From Squalus acanthias (Eukaryota), in assembly GCA_030390025.1 (NCBI GenBank), contig CM059432.1, forward strand, positions 10,726,001 to 10,790,000: a stretch of 64,000 bases of DNA. Direction: 5' to 3'. The first letter of the stretch is position 1; every line of letters begins with the position of its first letter. The notes beneath the pieces are model-generated. The model saw only the letters and a program-made list of their open reading frames with translations. It did not search any database and was not told where the DNA came from. Position numbers and translations under genes: made by a program. Positions 52,269 to 64,000 of this stretch are shown here, piece by piece.

Positions 52269-54274
52269 TATTTTCCTCGCCACAAGTTGCTGGACGATTC
52301 ACACATCAATAACGGCGAACGCCATTAAACGCGCTGTTATTTTGGCAGCAAAATCTGGGCCTATGTTTGAATAGTTTTCCTGAGATCATGGGTGAATATC
52401 CTTTAACATCTGTGGTAATGCACTACCTCTCCCCAGTGTCCTGACTTCCAGCAACGTCCTCTCTTTATCCTGCAGAAACAAACTTAACATCTCTCAACAT
52501 AAATATGTACAAACACATTATAGTTTATATTGTCTTGTAGTTTATTTATACAAACTATACAGAAATAATTAAATATATAAAATGTCAATTGCTATTCTAA
52601 TATAAGATACTTAAATTTAAACTAATCATGGTAATTTGTGTATATAGTTCACAAAAGGAATAAAACTAATTATCTAACACTTATAGCTTTGATCCATTAT
52701 ATTTTTAAGTTCATGCATAAACTATAAAATGTCTCATGGAAAGAAAAGCAGTCTTAATCATCAGCTTAATGACTAGTGTTAGTCAGTGGCTCGTTGGTAG
52801 CACCCTTGCCTCTGAGTCAGAAGGTTGTGGGTTCAAGTCTCACTCCAGAGACTTGAACACAAAAATCTTTCGGATGAGACGTTAAACCGAGGTCCCGTCT
52901 GCTCTCGCTGGTGGACGTAAAAGATATTTTGAAGAAGAGCAGGGGAGTGCTCCCCGGTGTCCTGGCCAATATTTATACCTCAATCAACATCACTTAAATC
53001 AGATTATCTGGTCATTATCACATTGCTGTTTGTGGGAGATTGCTGAGCGTTAATTGGCTGCCACGTTTCCTACAACAGTGACTACACTTCCAAAAAAAAA
53101 GTACTTGGCTGTAAAGCGCTTTGGGACATGCGGTGGTCGTGAAAGGCGCGATATAAATGCAAGTCTTTTCTTTTTTAGTTCAGTTAGGCTTAATGAGTTT
53201 TTATCTGCTCCTCTCCTTGTGTCCAAGAAGGTAGGTACTGCATAGCAGGTAATACCAGTTATAGAGTCAGGATAAAGGTTTGGCACGTGGAAAATGGTGG
53301 CCTTACCGTGCAGCACAGAAGGCAATGAACAACAGTGTAGTGAGTGGTCATTTTTGCTTTTCATTGGAAACCTGCTTTGTCCCAGACTTGATTTCAATTT
53401 TGTAAACTCAGCTGTTGAAATGAAGGAAACCTGCAAATGGACAGCACATTTTCCAGAACGTTGGACCTAACCGCCTTCTAACAGTCCCTGTACTTTCATT
53501 GAGCAACTTCTGCATTTTAATGTTATCGTTCAGTTATAGTGACTCTAATCTTTCTGACAGTTTATTATTCCTTGAACTTATTTGCTGTATGATGCTGCCT
53601 AACCATTTCAAGCTATTTTTCAGCAGTATATATTCTTGTATATAGTTGTTCCTGCTGGTATTTGTAATTAATTCCTGTATCCAATCATGTTGTGTAACTT
53701 TGTTTTACGTGCCATTTCTTGTGTCAGTCTTCCTGTGCCTCCCTCAACACACCCAAATTTCATTGTGTACACTTAGCACACAATCTAGGCTAACAATGCA
53801 GTACTGAGTGATTTCTGCATTCTTGGAGGTTTGAGATATTAAACTCCCTGTTCCGATGCAAGCAGCAGATCCCATAAAAGAAAGACTTACATTTATATAG
53901 CACCTTTCATGACCACCGGACGTCCCAAAGCGCTTTACAGCCAATTAAGTACTTTTGAAGTGTAGTCACTGTTGTAGGAAATGTGGCAGCCAATTTGCAC
54001 ACAGCAAGCTCCCACAAACGGCAATGTGATAATGACCAGATAACTTTTTTTTACTAATGTTGATTGAGGGATAAATATTGGCCAGGACACCAGGGATAAC
54101 TCCCCTGCTCCTCTTCGAAATAGTGCCGTGGGATCTTTTATGTCCACCTGCCAGAGCAGACGGGGCCTCGGTTTAAATTCTCATCTGAAAGACGGCACCT
54201 CCGACAGTGCAGCTCTCCCTCAGTACTGCACTGGAGTGTCAGCCTAGATTTCTGTGCTCAAGTCTCTGGAGTGG

Positions 54275-57231
54275 TGTAGAGATTAGGCCAATTAGTAGCT
54301 TTTCTCTAGTCTTTCAAATAATCAGGATCGACTGCAAACCAATATGGTGGGTTTAAGCAGAGTTTAAGATGGAATATAACATGCTGGTGACGAGCAGCTG
54401 GTACCGGTCCCGATTGGACAGATGGCTGGCGTGCGTGAACAGTTCTCTGGCTTACGGCCTCTCTCCCTCTCATCTAGAACCTCTGAGTTGGTGAGCATGG
54501 GATCACTCTCGAAAGAGCATTCGACCAGCCCAACTTCTACTTGGCTCTCCCTTCCACCGTCTGCGTGGACAAGCCCTCAGGGTGTTTCTTTTATTCTCTT
54601 TTTAGGGGTGGGCTTGAGGCCAAATTATTGACGACCATTTAATCTATAGAGGTTCCCCATAAACCTCGGTACCCAATGTGGCGTCGATTCTTTGTCTCGA
54701 CTTCAAGATGAAGATCCTCCCACCAGGAGGGGTCTTCACAATCATTACACATGCTTTATTGTTTATACGTTTTGAAGGCCTACCCATCGAATTTCTCTTA
54801 CCTCCCTAGTTTGGAGTCAGACAAGCCATTCTCGGCCATCAGGTGTTGGTAACTGCTTGTTATCCGTTATTTATGTTCATGCTGTTCATGCAACTTTAGC
54901 TGTGCAAAATAACTATTTCATTATCAGTCTATTGTACCATGGAATGAATCATTAAATCCCCAAAGATATCTTCTATTCTATTCTCATACACTGGTTAACT
55001 TACGAATTTTAAAGCAGTTTTGTTAAACAAAGTCAAAATCCTAATTTAGGATTATAATATGGTTATTAGCAATAATGGAAGAAATATAGGCATTGGGCCT
55101 TGGTTGGTCAAATTAAAGATACATAAAACAACCTTCCTAGCACATAAACAGGCAGCTAGCCGAGAAACAAGGTCATAGGTGACCGTCACAGTGCAAAATG
55201 TTATAACATCCGCAGGGAACCAAAACATAAGCAGATTCTAAGCATCTATCCAGTTATTCTAACACTAGTCTGAAAGAGACTTTTTGACTCCAGTTCTAAT
55301 ACCATCATGTACATAAGAACATAAGAAATAGGAGCAGGAGTAGGCCAATCGGCCCCTCGAGCCTGCTCCGCCATTCAATAAGATCATGGCTGATCTGATC
55401 CTAACCGCCAATCTACTATCTACTATCACAGAACCATCTCCTGCATCTAACAGAATTGCACACACGAAATAGGAGCAGAATCAGGCTACACGGTCCCTGG
55501 GCCCGCTCCACTACCCACAGGGCCATGACCGATCCGAACCTAGACTCATGTCCAAATTCCTGCCCGCTCCCCGTAACCCTTAATGCCCTTTACTTCTAGG
55601 AAACTGTCTATTTCTGTTTTAAATTTATTTAATGATGTAGCTTCTACAGCTTTTTGTGGCAGCATATTCCATGGACCTACCACCCTCTGAGTGAAGTAGT
55701 TCCTCCTCATCTCAGTTTTGAAAGAGCAGCCCCTTATTCTAAGACTATGTCCCCTAGTTCTAGTCTCACCCGTCATCGGGAACATCCTCCCCGCATCCAC
55801 CCGATCCAACCCCTTCACAATTTTATATGTTTCAATAAGATCTCCTCTCATTCTTCTGAACTCCAATGAGTAGAGTCCCAATCTACACAACCTCTCCTCA
55901 TATGACCACCCCCTCATCCCCGGGATTAACCGAGTGAACCTTTTTTGCACTGCCTCGAGAGCAAGGATGTCTTTCCTTAAGTAAGGACACCAAAACTGTA
56001 TGCAGTATTCTAGGTGCGGTCTCACCAATACCTTGTACAACTGAAGCAATACCTCCCTATTTTTATATTCTATCCCCCTAGCAATGAAAGCCAACATTCC
56101 ATTTGCCTTCTTAATCACTTGCTGCACCTGCATACTAACCTTTTGAGTTTTGTGCACCAGGACCCCCAGATCCCTTTGCACTTCAGTACTCTCCAGTTTC
56201 TTGCCATTAAGATAATAAATTGCTCTAGGATTTTTCCTGCCAAAGTGCATCACCTCACACTTTCCAGTGTTGTATTCCATCTGCCAAATCTCTGCCCACT
56301 TACTTAGCCTGTCTATGTCCCCTTGCAGGTTTTTTATGTCCTCCTCACTCACTACTTTCCCTCCCATCTTTGTATCATCTGCAAATTTTGATATGTTACA
56401 CTTGGTCCCTTCCTCCAAATCGTTAATATAGATTGTAAAGAGTTGGGGACCCAGCACTGACCCCTGTGGAACACCACTAGTTACTGATTGCCAGTCTGAG
56501 AATGAACCATTTATCCCAACTCTTTGCTTTCTGTTAGATAGCCAATCCTCTATCCATGCCAGAATATTACCCCCAATCCCGTGATTTTTTACCTTAAGCA
56601 ATAATCTTTTGTGTGGCACCTTGTCAAATGCCTTTTGGAAGTCTAAATACACTGCGTCCACTGGTTCCCCTTTATCCACTCTATATGTTACTTCCTCAAA
56701 GAACTCCAGCAAATTTGTCAAACATGACTTCCCCTTCGTAAAACCATGCCGACTTTGTCCTATTAAATTATGATTATCCAAATGTCCTGTTACTGTTTCC
56801 TTAATAATGGACTCCAAAATTTTACCTACCACAGATGTTAGGCTAACCGGTCTATAGTTACCAGCCTTCTGTCTACTGCCCTTTTTAAATAAGGGTGTTA
56901 CATTAGCAGTTTTCCAGTCTGCCGGGACCTTAGCGGAATCCAGGGAGTTTTGAAAAATTATTACCAATGCATCTACAATCCCTACCGCCACTTCCTTCAA
57001 GACTCTAGGATGTAAGCCATCAGGTCCAGGTGATTTATCCGCCTTGAGTCCCATTATTTTACCGAGTACCACTTCCTTAGTGATTTTGATCGTGTTTAGC
57101 TCCTCTCCCCCTATAGCCCCCTGTTTGTCCAGTGTTGGGATATTCTTAGTGTCAGTGTAGACACAGCATTATTCGCGTCACAATTTTGTTCGCATAACCA
57201 TATACATTTTGGACACCCCTGATTTCTAACG
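54275..57231. mobile_element. Probable solo LTR (~1.1 kb without the nested CR1)
   Basis: Interrupts a SINE at GGAGTGG|GACTCGAACCC with a GTGG 4-bp TSD; ends TGTAGAGAT...ATTTCTAACG form an imperfect inverted repeat. Confidence 0.6.
55311..57153 (-). mobile_element. 5'-truncated CR1 with uninterrupted RT ORF (55546-57072)
   Basis: 508-aa ORF with all RT motifs through to the natural stop; 3' UTR and tail. Confidence 0.95.
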
Positions 57232-57622
57232 GTGGGACTCGAACCCACGACTTATCGCTGCTGTTTGTGGGACCACTCTCTGCACACATTGGCTGATGTG
57301 TTTGCCTACAATACAGTGACTACATTTCAGAATAATTAATTGGCTAGTCATTGATTAAAGTCCCTGTAGGGTGGAAGGCCCAAGTTCCTCGGTACAGGGT
57401 CTCTCGTGTAAGTGGAAAGGATTGGGTTTATTAATAAAAAAAATGGAAGGTCAAACACATTCTATTGAAAGCGAAAGGATAGCGTTCGGAATGTGGAATG
57501 ACTGAAATAGGTGCAAAACGGGTCTAGTAGTCAAGGACTGAGAAATGTTTCTCTAACACTTCCCTGTTTTCTTTCCAGTTCTTCATCACTGGACCAGAAA
57601 TTGTTAGACTGGAAACTTAAAA

Positions 57623-58107
57623 ATGCAGCGGTACTTCGTTCAGGCTGTCCTCTGGCACTCGAAACGAGCTTGCAGTGCCCGACCATGTGTCACTCGCATA
57701 TTTGCAGCTACGTGTGGGAAAATGCCTCTTATACCACACCGCGGGCAACTCCTGCACACATCGCGTCCAGTCATTGCCTCAGAACAGAAAAGGCCAAATC
57801 TGCAGGAAGAGCCGTTATCCACACAGCACAAGGGCATCGACCAAAACAAATTACAGGAGCCCAAGACTTTGCCGGGGAGCGACCCGCAGCAAGATACCTT
57901 GTCGGACTCGGTTCAGGAAACGTATTTTTCCGACACAAAACTGACTCAAGAGGCAGCAGCTGTGGAAACGGATCCCCTCCAGGACCCTTCAATTGGGCTC
58001 TTTCAGCGATTCAAAAAGACATTCAAACAGTATGGGAAAGTCATGATCCCAGTGCATCTATTAACGTCCACTATATGGTTTGGTACATTTTACTATGCAG
58101 CAATTAA
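57623..58107 (+). CDS. FAM210A: FAM210A-like mitochondrial DUF1279 protein, first coding exon (exon 57579-58107)
   Basis: DPLQDPSIGLFQRFKKTFKQYGKVMIPVHLLTSTIWFGTFYYAAIK resembles FAM210A DPLQDKSISLYQRFKKTFRQYGKVLIPVHL; TTTCCAG acceptor; phase-2 AA|GTAAGT donor; Arg/Ser-rich N-terminus. Confidence 0.88.
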
Positions 58108-58328
58108 GTAAGTAAGTTGCAAGTTATGTTCACCCATGGGTTTTAAGATTTAAAAAACTCTCTAGGTTGGAAACACCCATTTATTGGAGCCATCCTCCAA
58201 AATCTAGTTTTGGGAATTGTTTTTTTATAAATTGCTCTGAGAATTTTATTTATTTTTAAAGCTAATGAGATTATGAGTTAAAAATTTGCCAAACCCAGAA
58301 TCGGCGCTGTAAGCACCTCTGCGGTGAG

Positions 58329-59545
58329 ACATAACATAAGAATTAGGAGCAGGATTGGCCGTTCGGCCCCTCGAGCCTGCTCCGCCATTCAATAAGATCA
58401 CGGCTGATCTTCGACCACAACTCCACTTCCCCGCCCGATCTTCATATCCCTTGACTCCCCTAGAGTTAAAAAATCCATCTATCTCAGCCTTGAATATACT
58501 ACCACAGCCCTTTGGGGCAGAAAATTCCAAAGATTCACAACCCTCTGAGTGAAGAAATTCCTCCTCATCTCGGTCTTAAATGGCCTACCCCTTATCCTGA
58601 GACTATGCCCCCTAGTTCTAGACACTCCAGCCAGGGGAAACAACCTCTCCGCATCTACCCTGTCAATCCCCTTCAGAATCTTGTATGTTTCAAGGAGATC
58701 ACCTCTCATTCTTCTAAACTCCAGAGAGTATAGGCTCAATCTCTCATCATAGGACAGCCCTCTCATCCCAGGAATCAATCGAGTGAACCTTCGTTACACC
58801 GCCTCTAAGGCAAGTATATCCTTCCTCCGATGAGACGACCAAAACTGTACACAGTACTCCAGGTGTGGTCTCACCAAAGCCCTGTACAATTGTAGCAAGA
58901 CTTCCTTACTCTTGTACTCCAATCCCCTTGCAATGAAGGTCAACATGCCAATTGCCTTCCTAATTGCTTGCTGTACCTGCATGCTAACTCTGTTTCCTAT
59001 AGGAGGACACCTAAATCTCTCTGAACGCCATTTTAAAAATATTCTGTTTTTCTACATACCAAAGTGAATAATCTCTCATTTCCCCACATTATACTCCATC
59101 TGCCACTTTATTGCCCACTCACTTAACCTGTCTGTATCCCATTGCAGCCTCTGTGTTCTCCTCACAGCTTACTTTCCCACGTACCTTTGTATCGTCAGCA
59201 AACTTGGATACATTACACTCCTCCAAGTCACTGAGGCCCAAGCATTGATCCTTGCTGTACCCCACTAGTTACAGCCTGCCAACCCGAAAATGACCCGTTT
59301 ATTCTTACTCTGTTTTCTGTCCGTTAACCAATTCTCTATCCATGCTAATATATTACTCCCAAACCCATGAGCCCTAATTTTGTGTATGTGGCACCTTATC
59401 AAATACCTCTTGAAAATCCAAGTACACTACATCCACTGGTTCCCCCTTATCTACCCTGCTGGTTATAACCTCAAAAAACTCAACATATTTGTCAAACACA
59501 ATTTCCCTTTCATAAATCTGTGTTGACTCTGCCTAATCATATTAT
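58329..59545 (-). mobile_element. Degraded CR1 LINE
   Basis: ORFs 58479-58778 and 58794-58982 and further RT remnants. Confidence 0.88.
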
Positions 59546-59549
59546 TCCA

Positions 59550-60082
59550 TATCATCATAACTCGCATTTTAAAAAAAAATTCTCATGTCACCTTTGGTTC
59601 TTTTGCTAATCACCTTAAATCTGTGTCCTCTGGTTACCCACCCTCCTGCCACTGGAAACAGTTTCTCCTTATTTACTCTATCAAAACCCTTCATGATTTT
59701 GAACATGCCTATCAAATCTCCTCTTAACCTCCCCTGCTCTAAGGAGAACAATCCCAGCTTCTCCAGTCTCTCCACATAACTGAAGTCCCTCATCCCTGGT
59801 ACCATTCTAGTAAATCTCTTCTGCACCATCTCCAAGGCCTTGGTATCCTTCCTAAAGTGTGGTGCCCAGAATTGAACACAATACTGAGGGCTAACCAGTG
59901 TTTTATTAAAGTTTAGCATAACTTCCTTGCTTTTGGACTCTATTCATAAAGCCAAGGATCCCATCAGCTTTTTTAACAGCCTTCTCAACTTGTCCTGCCA
60001 CCTTCAAAGATTAGTGTACATACACCCCCAGGTCTCTCTGTTCCTGCACCCCTTTAAAATTGTACCATTCAGTTTATATTGT
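59550..60082 (-). mobile_element. CR1 fragment
   Basis: ORF 59569-59919 (YCVQFWAPHFRKD). Confidence 0.85.
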
Positions 60083-60924
60083 CATAAACAAATTGATCTG
60101 TTGAGTTGACAAATTCCGATCTTTGTTGCTCAAGGTGAGGCGGGTGGGTGGAGAGCAAGGTCTGGCATCCTTATGGTTGAGTGTGTCAGGGAAACAGAAC
60201 CCAAAATCCCTCTTTTCTACCGTCATTTGCTGCACTCTGTGTTCCTGCCACTCCCCTCCTCCCTGACCCTTTTTGTGCTCTCGGGTACATCTTGGTTTTA
60301 TGAGAATAAAGAAAAGAAAGAACTTGCATTTATATAGCGCCTTTCACGACCTCGGAGTGGCAATGACGTACTGTTGTAATGTAGGAAACGTGGCAACCAA
60401 TTTGCGCACAGCAAGCTCCCACAAACAGCAATGTGATAATGACTGGATAAGCTGTTTTTAGTGATGTTGGTTGAGTGATAAATATTTGCCATGACACTGG
60501 GGATAACTCCCCTGCTGTTCTTCGAAATAGTGCCACGGGATCTTTTATGACCACCTGAGAGAGCAGACAGGGCCTCGGTTTAACGTCTTATCCGAAAGAC
60601 GGCACCTCCGACAGTGAAGCACTCCCTCAGCACAGCTGGGAGGGTCGGCTGAGATTTTTGTGCTCAAGTCTCTGGAGTGGGGACTTGATCCCACAACCTT
60701 TCTGACTCTGAGGCGAGAGAGAGTGCTACCCACTGAGCCACGACTGACAGTTACAAGCATTTAAGGGAAAACTTGCACTTTCAGTACTCCTGACACACGC
60801 CGGATTAACAGATGGAAAATATCAGGCTGGGCGCGTGCAGTTTCTCTGAGCCTCTGGCATGTGCCAGGAGCGCACAAGCCGGAAGTTTACCCATTGGAGC
60901 ACTTAGTGAGTTTTCTGACTGATG

Positions 60925-61097
60925 GGGGGAGATTTTCATCTTGCTGCCCGAGAGTAAAACTGGTGTTGTCGACCCATCCCGTTTCGCCACCCGCCCCATT
61001 ATTATTTCAATAGTAATGAAAAGCAGGCGGATTCTAGAACAGGCAGGCGATCCGCAACATCTGCTTTACACCTGGGCAGCAAGTTGAAAATCTACTG
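60925..61097. mobile_element. Short Harbinger-type MITE remnant
   Basis: AGATTTTCATCTTGCTGCCC ... GGGCAGCAAGTTGAAAATCT inverted ends; no clear TSD. Confidence 0.55.
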
Positions 61098-62636
61098 CAT
61101 AGTCTTTAATAAACCCAAACAAACACTTCACTAGTCAGTAAATTCAGTCACTCAAGTTTCATAGATTAAAAAAGGTTGAAATTTTTTTCAACTGAATTCT
61201 TGACAGATCTGGAGGTGACTTGAAAAAACAAACTCTGAACAATCTTCAAACCACACTTGCTCTAATTACAACTGTCTATCTGTAAGAAGTTCATGCTAGA
61301 AAACATCATTCGTCAATACATTTAAACATTACTTGCCCAAAAATAAAAGCCGGGAATTTCCTTGGAGCTGCCGGACTTGCGTTTCCGCCACCGCTTCCGG
61401 TGGCCTAGCAGGGAGTAACCTCGAGGTAATTTGCAGAACTCCGTCTCCCGTTTGTTTCAGTAGTGTTTTTGGAAAAAAGCACGAAACTCAAATCCTCAGC
61501 AGATGAGACGCAAACGCCCTCTACCCTGCAACTTGTCCGGATGCGCAGATTGCGTGTTCGGACATTCTGCAAGCTCTCGCTGGTTAGAATACGAAGGTCA
61601 AAATATCCAGTCTGAGCCCAGGCTTTCAAGACGTGCTGTGTGCCCTTGGGATAAAAAGCCTTTTAAGGCATAAAAGGAGATTTAAAATGTAAAATATAAC
61701 TTTCTTGACATTTTTATTTTGTTTAAAACCTTAATTTTTTTTAAAAAAAGGCCAGGCAAAAATGTTTCCAAAAAATCATTTTGAATGATTCGATTGGTTC
61801 ATGAATTGTGGCTTTGAAAGTTGACGCAACAAAATAGGGAAATAATGACCTACAAATTTACAATTCAAAAAGTTGACCGTGTGACCAAAAATTATAACCA
61901 CAGCAAGTAACATCTGTCGATGGGAAATATATGCCCTACCTAAGATTTTTAATAAAATACATAGATATATGCAGTCAAACCAAGTTGTAAATAATTTAAA
62001 ATGGTAACTAGCAGTAAAAATTTTGAATTTTTTTTTACAAGATTTTCTTTCCTCCCCTTTCACAGTACCAATCAGTACAACTGTACAATGTTCCACAAAT
62101 TGTACAAGGAATGGTACTGCTGGATGACGAGTATCAATAAAACCAGGCATTTAAGTGTGGGAGCTGCACTGAATTTATCTAAAAATATTCTGGTAATTCG
62201 ACATGATCTATGTTCACACGCAGTCTTTAAGTTTTTTTTTGTGGGCGGCGGGGTGGAGGAGGGGGGGGGGAGAGAGGAGGAGATGTACTTTCATGCATAA
62301 TGGATAAAACAACTTGGCATTAGACAGAAAGTTGGTCTGATATTGTGAAGCTACAGCAGTGACAATGACCAACAGCCTACCCAATGTCAAAAGTTCCTCG
62401 TTGGTCCTGGGTTTTTTTCTATAGGTCGATCAAACCAGTGGTTTGAAGAAAAACTTTGATTTGGAATATTAAAAGTTCTTTGCAATTGTCACTGTGCCGC
62501 ATCCTTCTCCAGTCAGGAAGGGGACATTTACTCCCAAGATTGGAGCTTGCTGCACGGGGAAGCACGACCAGAAACGGTGCACTTCAGTCTACCTCGGTAC
62601 CTGCCCCGATTCATATTTTTCATTTTTGTACTCTTT

Positions 62637-63095
62637 CATAGAATCATAGAAACTTACAGGAGGCCATTCGGCCTGTTGTGCCTGGGCTTAGTCCCACATC
62701 CTCGCCTTTTGTCCGTAACCCTGTGAGCTCCTCATCCTCAAGTACCCGTCCAACTCCCTTTTAAAATCATTTCTGGAATCAGCTTCCACCACCTGTTCAG
62801 ATCCAGACAACTGAGTGAAAAAAATTTCTTCTCATCTCCCATCTAGATATTTTGCCAATCATTTTGAATCTATGACCTCTGGTTATTGATTCACGTGCCA
62901 GAGGGAATAATTTTTCCCTATTTACTCTTACAAAACATTTCATCGTCTTGAAAACCTCTATTAGGTCACCTCTTAACCTTCTCTGGTCCTAACTTTTCCA
63001 ACCTCTCCTCATAACTGAAGTCCCTCATCCTCCTCTGCACCCTTTGTAAGGCTTTCCTGAAGAGTGGTGCCCAGAATTGTCCACAATACTCCAGC
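62637..63095 (-). mobile_element. Degraded CR1 3' fragment
   Basis: (CATAGAAT) tail and CR1 ORF2 remnants. Confidence 0.8.
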
Positions 63096-64000
63096 TTTTT
63101 TTTTTATTCGTTCCTGGGAAGTGGGCGTCACTGGCAAGGCCAGCATTTATTGCCCATCCCTAATTGCCCTTGAGAAGATGGTGGTGGTGGTGAGCCACCT
63201 TCTTGAATACAACTGAGTGGCTTGCTGGGCCATTTCAGAGGGCGGTTAAGAGTCAGCTGTGGGTCTGGAGTCACATATAGGCCAGACCGGGTAGGGACGG
63301 CAGATTTCCTTCCCTAAAGGGCATTAGTGAACCAGATGGGTTTTTACGACAATCCGGTAGTTTCATGGTCACCATTACTGAGATACTAGCTTTATAAAGT
63401 TCCAGATTTATTTAATTAACTGAATTTAAATTCCACAACTGCTGTGGTGGGATTTGAACTCATGTCTCTGGATTACTCGTCCAGTAAACTAACCACTATG
63501 CTACCGTTCCCGTAAGGTTTATGAAGTTCTGTGTTGTCTTCTGAGCACTCTTTTTTTATTTCTACAACTTCCCTCTTTAATCAAAACCCCCCATTATGAA
63601 TCTCGTTTGTGTATTATTCCAGTTGACTGGGCTGACCAATGAACGGTTCAGTAACTGTCGCTCATTAAGTAGTTACAAATAATAGTTTTCATCAATTGAA
63701 TTTCCCTTTTTAAAAAAAAAAAATAAGTCCTGCAGCATTTGGAGTCAGTGACGCACAGCACCAGAATGTGAGCTTGTGCCCAATGTTTAGCATCTGTTGT
63801 TTCACTGTAGGACAGGCACTCCACTGCACAAAAGGGGACCAGTTAAAGGGATAGCCATCTCCCGGTAACTCTTGCACAGTCCTGAGCACCCAAATAGGGC
63901 ATAGGCGACCATCCTCGTCATTTGATGTAGATTTCCCAGTAAGACACAGTTAGAAAGAGGAAGAGAATTACTTTTTTTAAAAAGATAATTGGAAATAAAT

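Noticed and set aside
57511..58107. Alternative 198-aa ORF overlapping the FAM210A-like exon
   Set aside because: It starts at a non-ATG codon in the intron and is an off-frame reading of the real exon.
62122..62172. Possible C/D-box snoRNA (ATGACGA...CTGA)
   Set aside because: Too short, imperfect C box, and no terminal stem or recognisable guide.

Overview
Repeat-rich vertebrate genomic DNA, most likely from a cartilaginous fish (shark); this is inferred from the dense CR1 LINEs, L2 fragments and SacSINE1-like Deu-SINEs. Two host genes are partly present and point away from each other. An LGI1-like gene lies on the minus strand with coding exons 1-4 at 28512-28319, 28015-27944, 9583-9512 and 9420-9349; I found no later exons in the window. 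A FAM210A-like gene lies on the plus strand with a CpG-island promoter at about 47.0-47.4 kb and its first coding exon at 57579-58107. Most of the rest is nested transposable elements. The most interesting is a young, nearly intact Mag-like Ty3/Gypsy LTR retrotransposon (37522-42002; 194-bp LTRs differing at 1 position; CTCTG TSD). It lacks a tRNA-type PBS and instead has an 11-nt PBS complementary to its own LTR plus a U5 hairpin (a Tf1-like self-priming layout), a YLDN RT motif and a duplicated PPT/LTR start. Also present are Penelope-type fold-back elements with minimal hammerhead-ribozyme motifs, Harbinger-type MITEs with covarying hairpins and a retained ~91-nt intron, a decayed Harbinger Myb/SANT gene, a probable solo LTR, a Tigger-type MITE and a 20-bp minisatellite split by a CR1. 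TE boundaries without TSD or TIR support are approximate, and family names are from recognition, not database searches.
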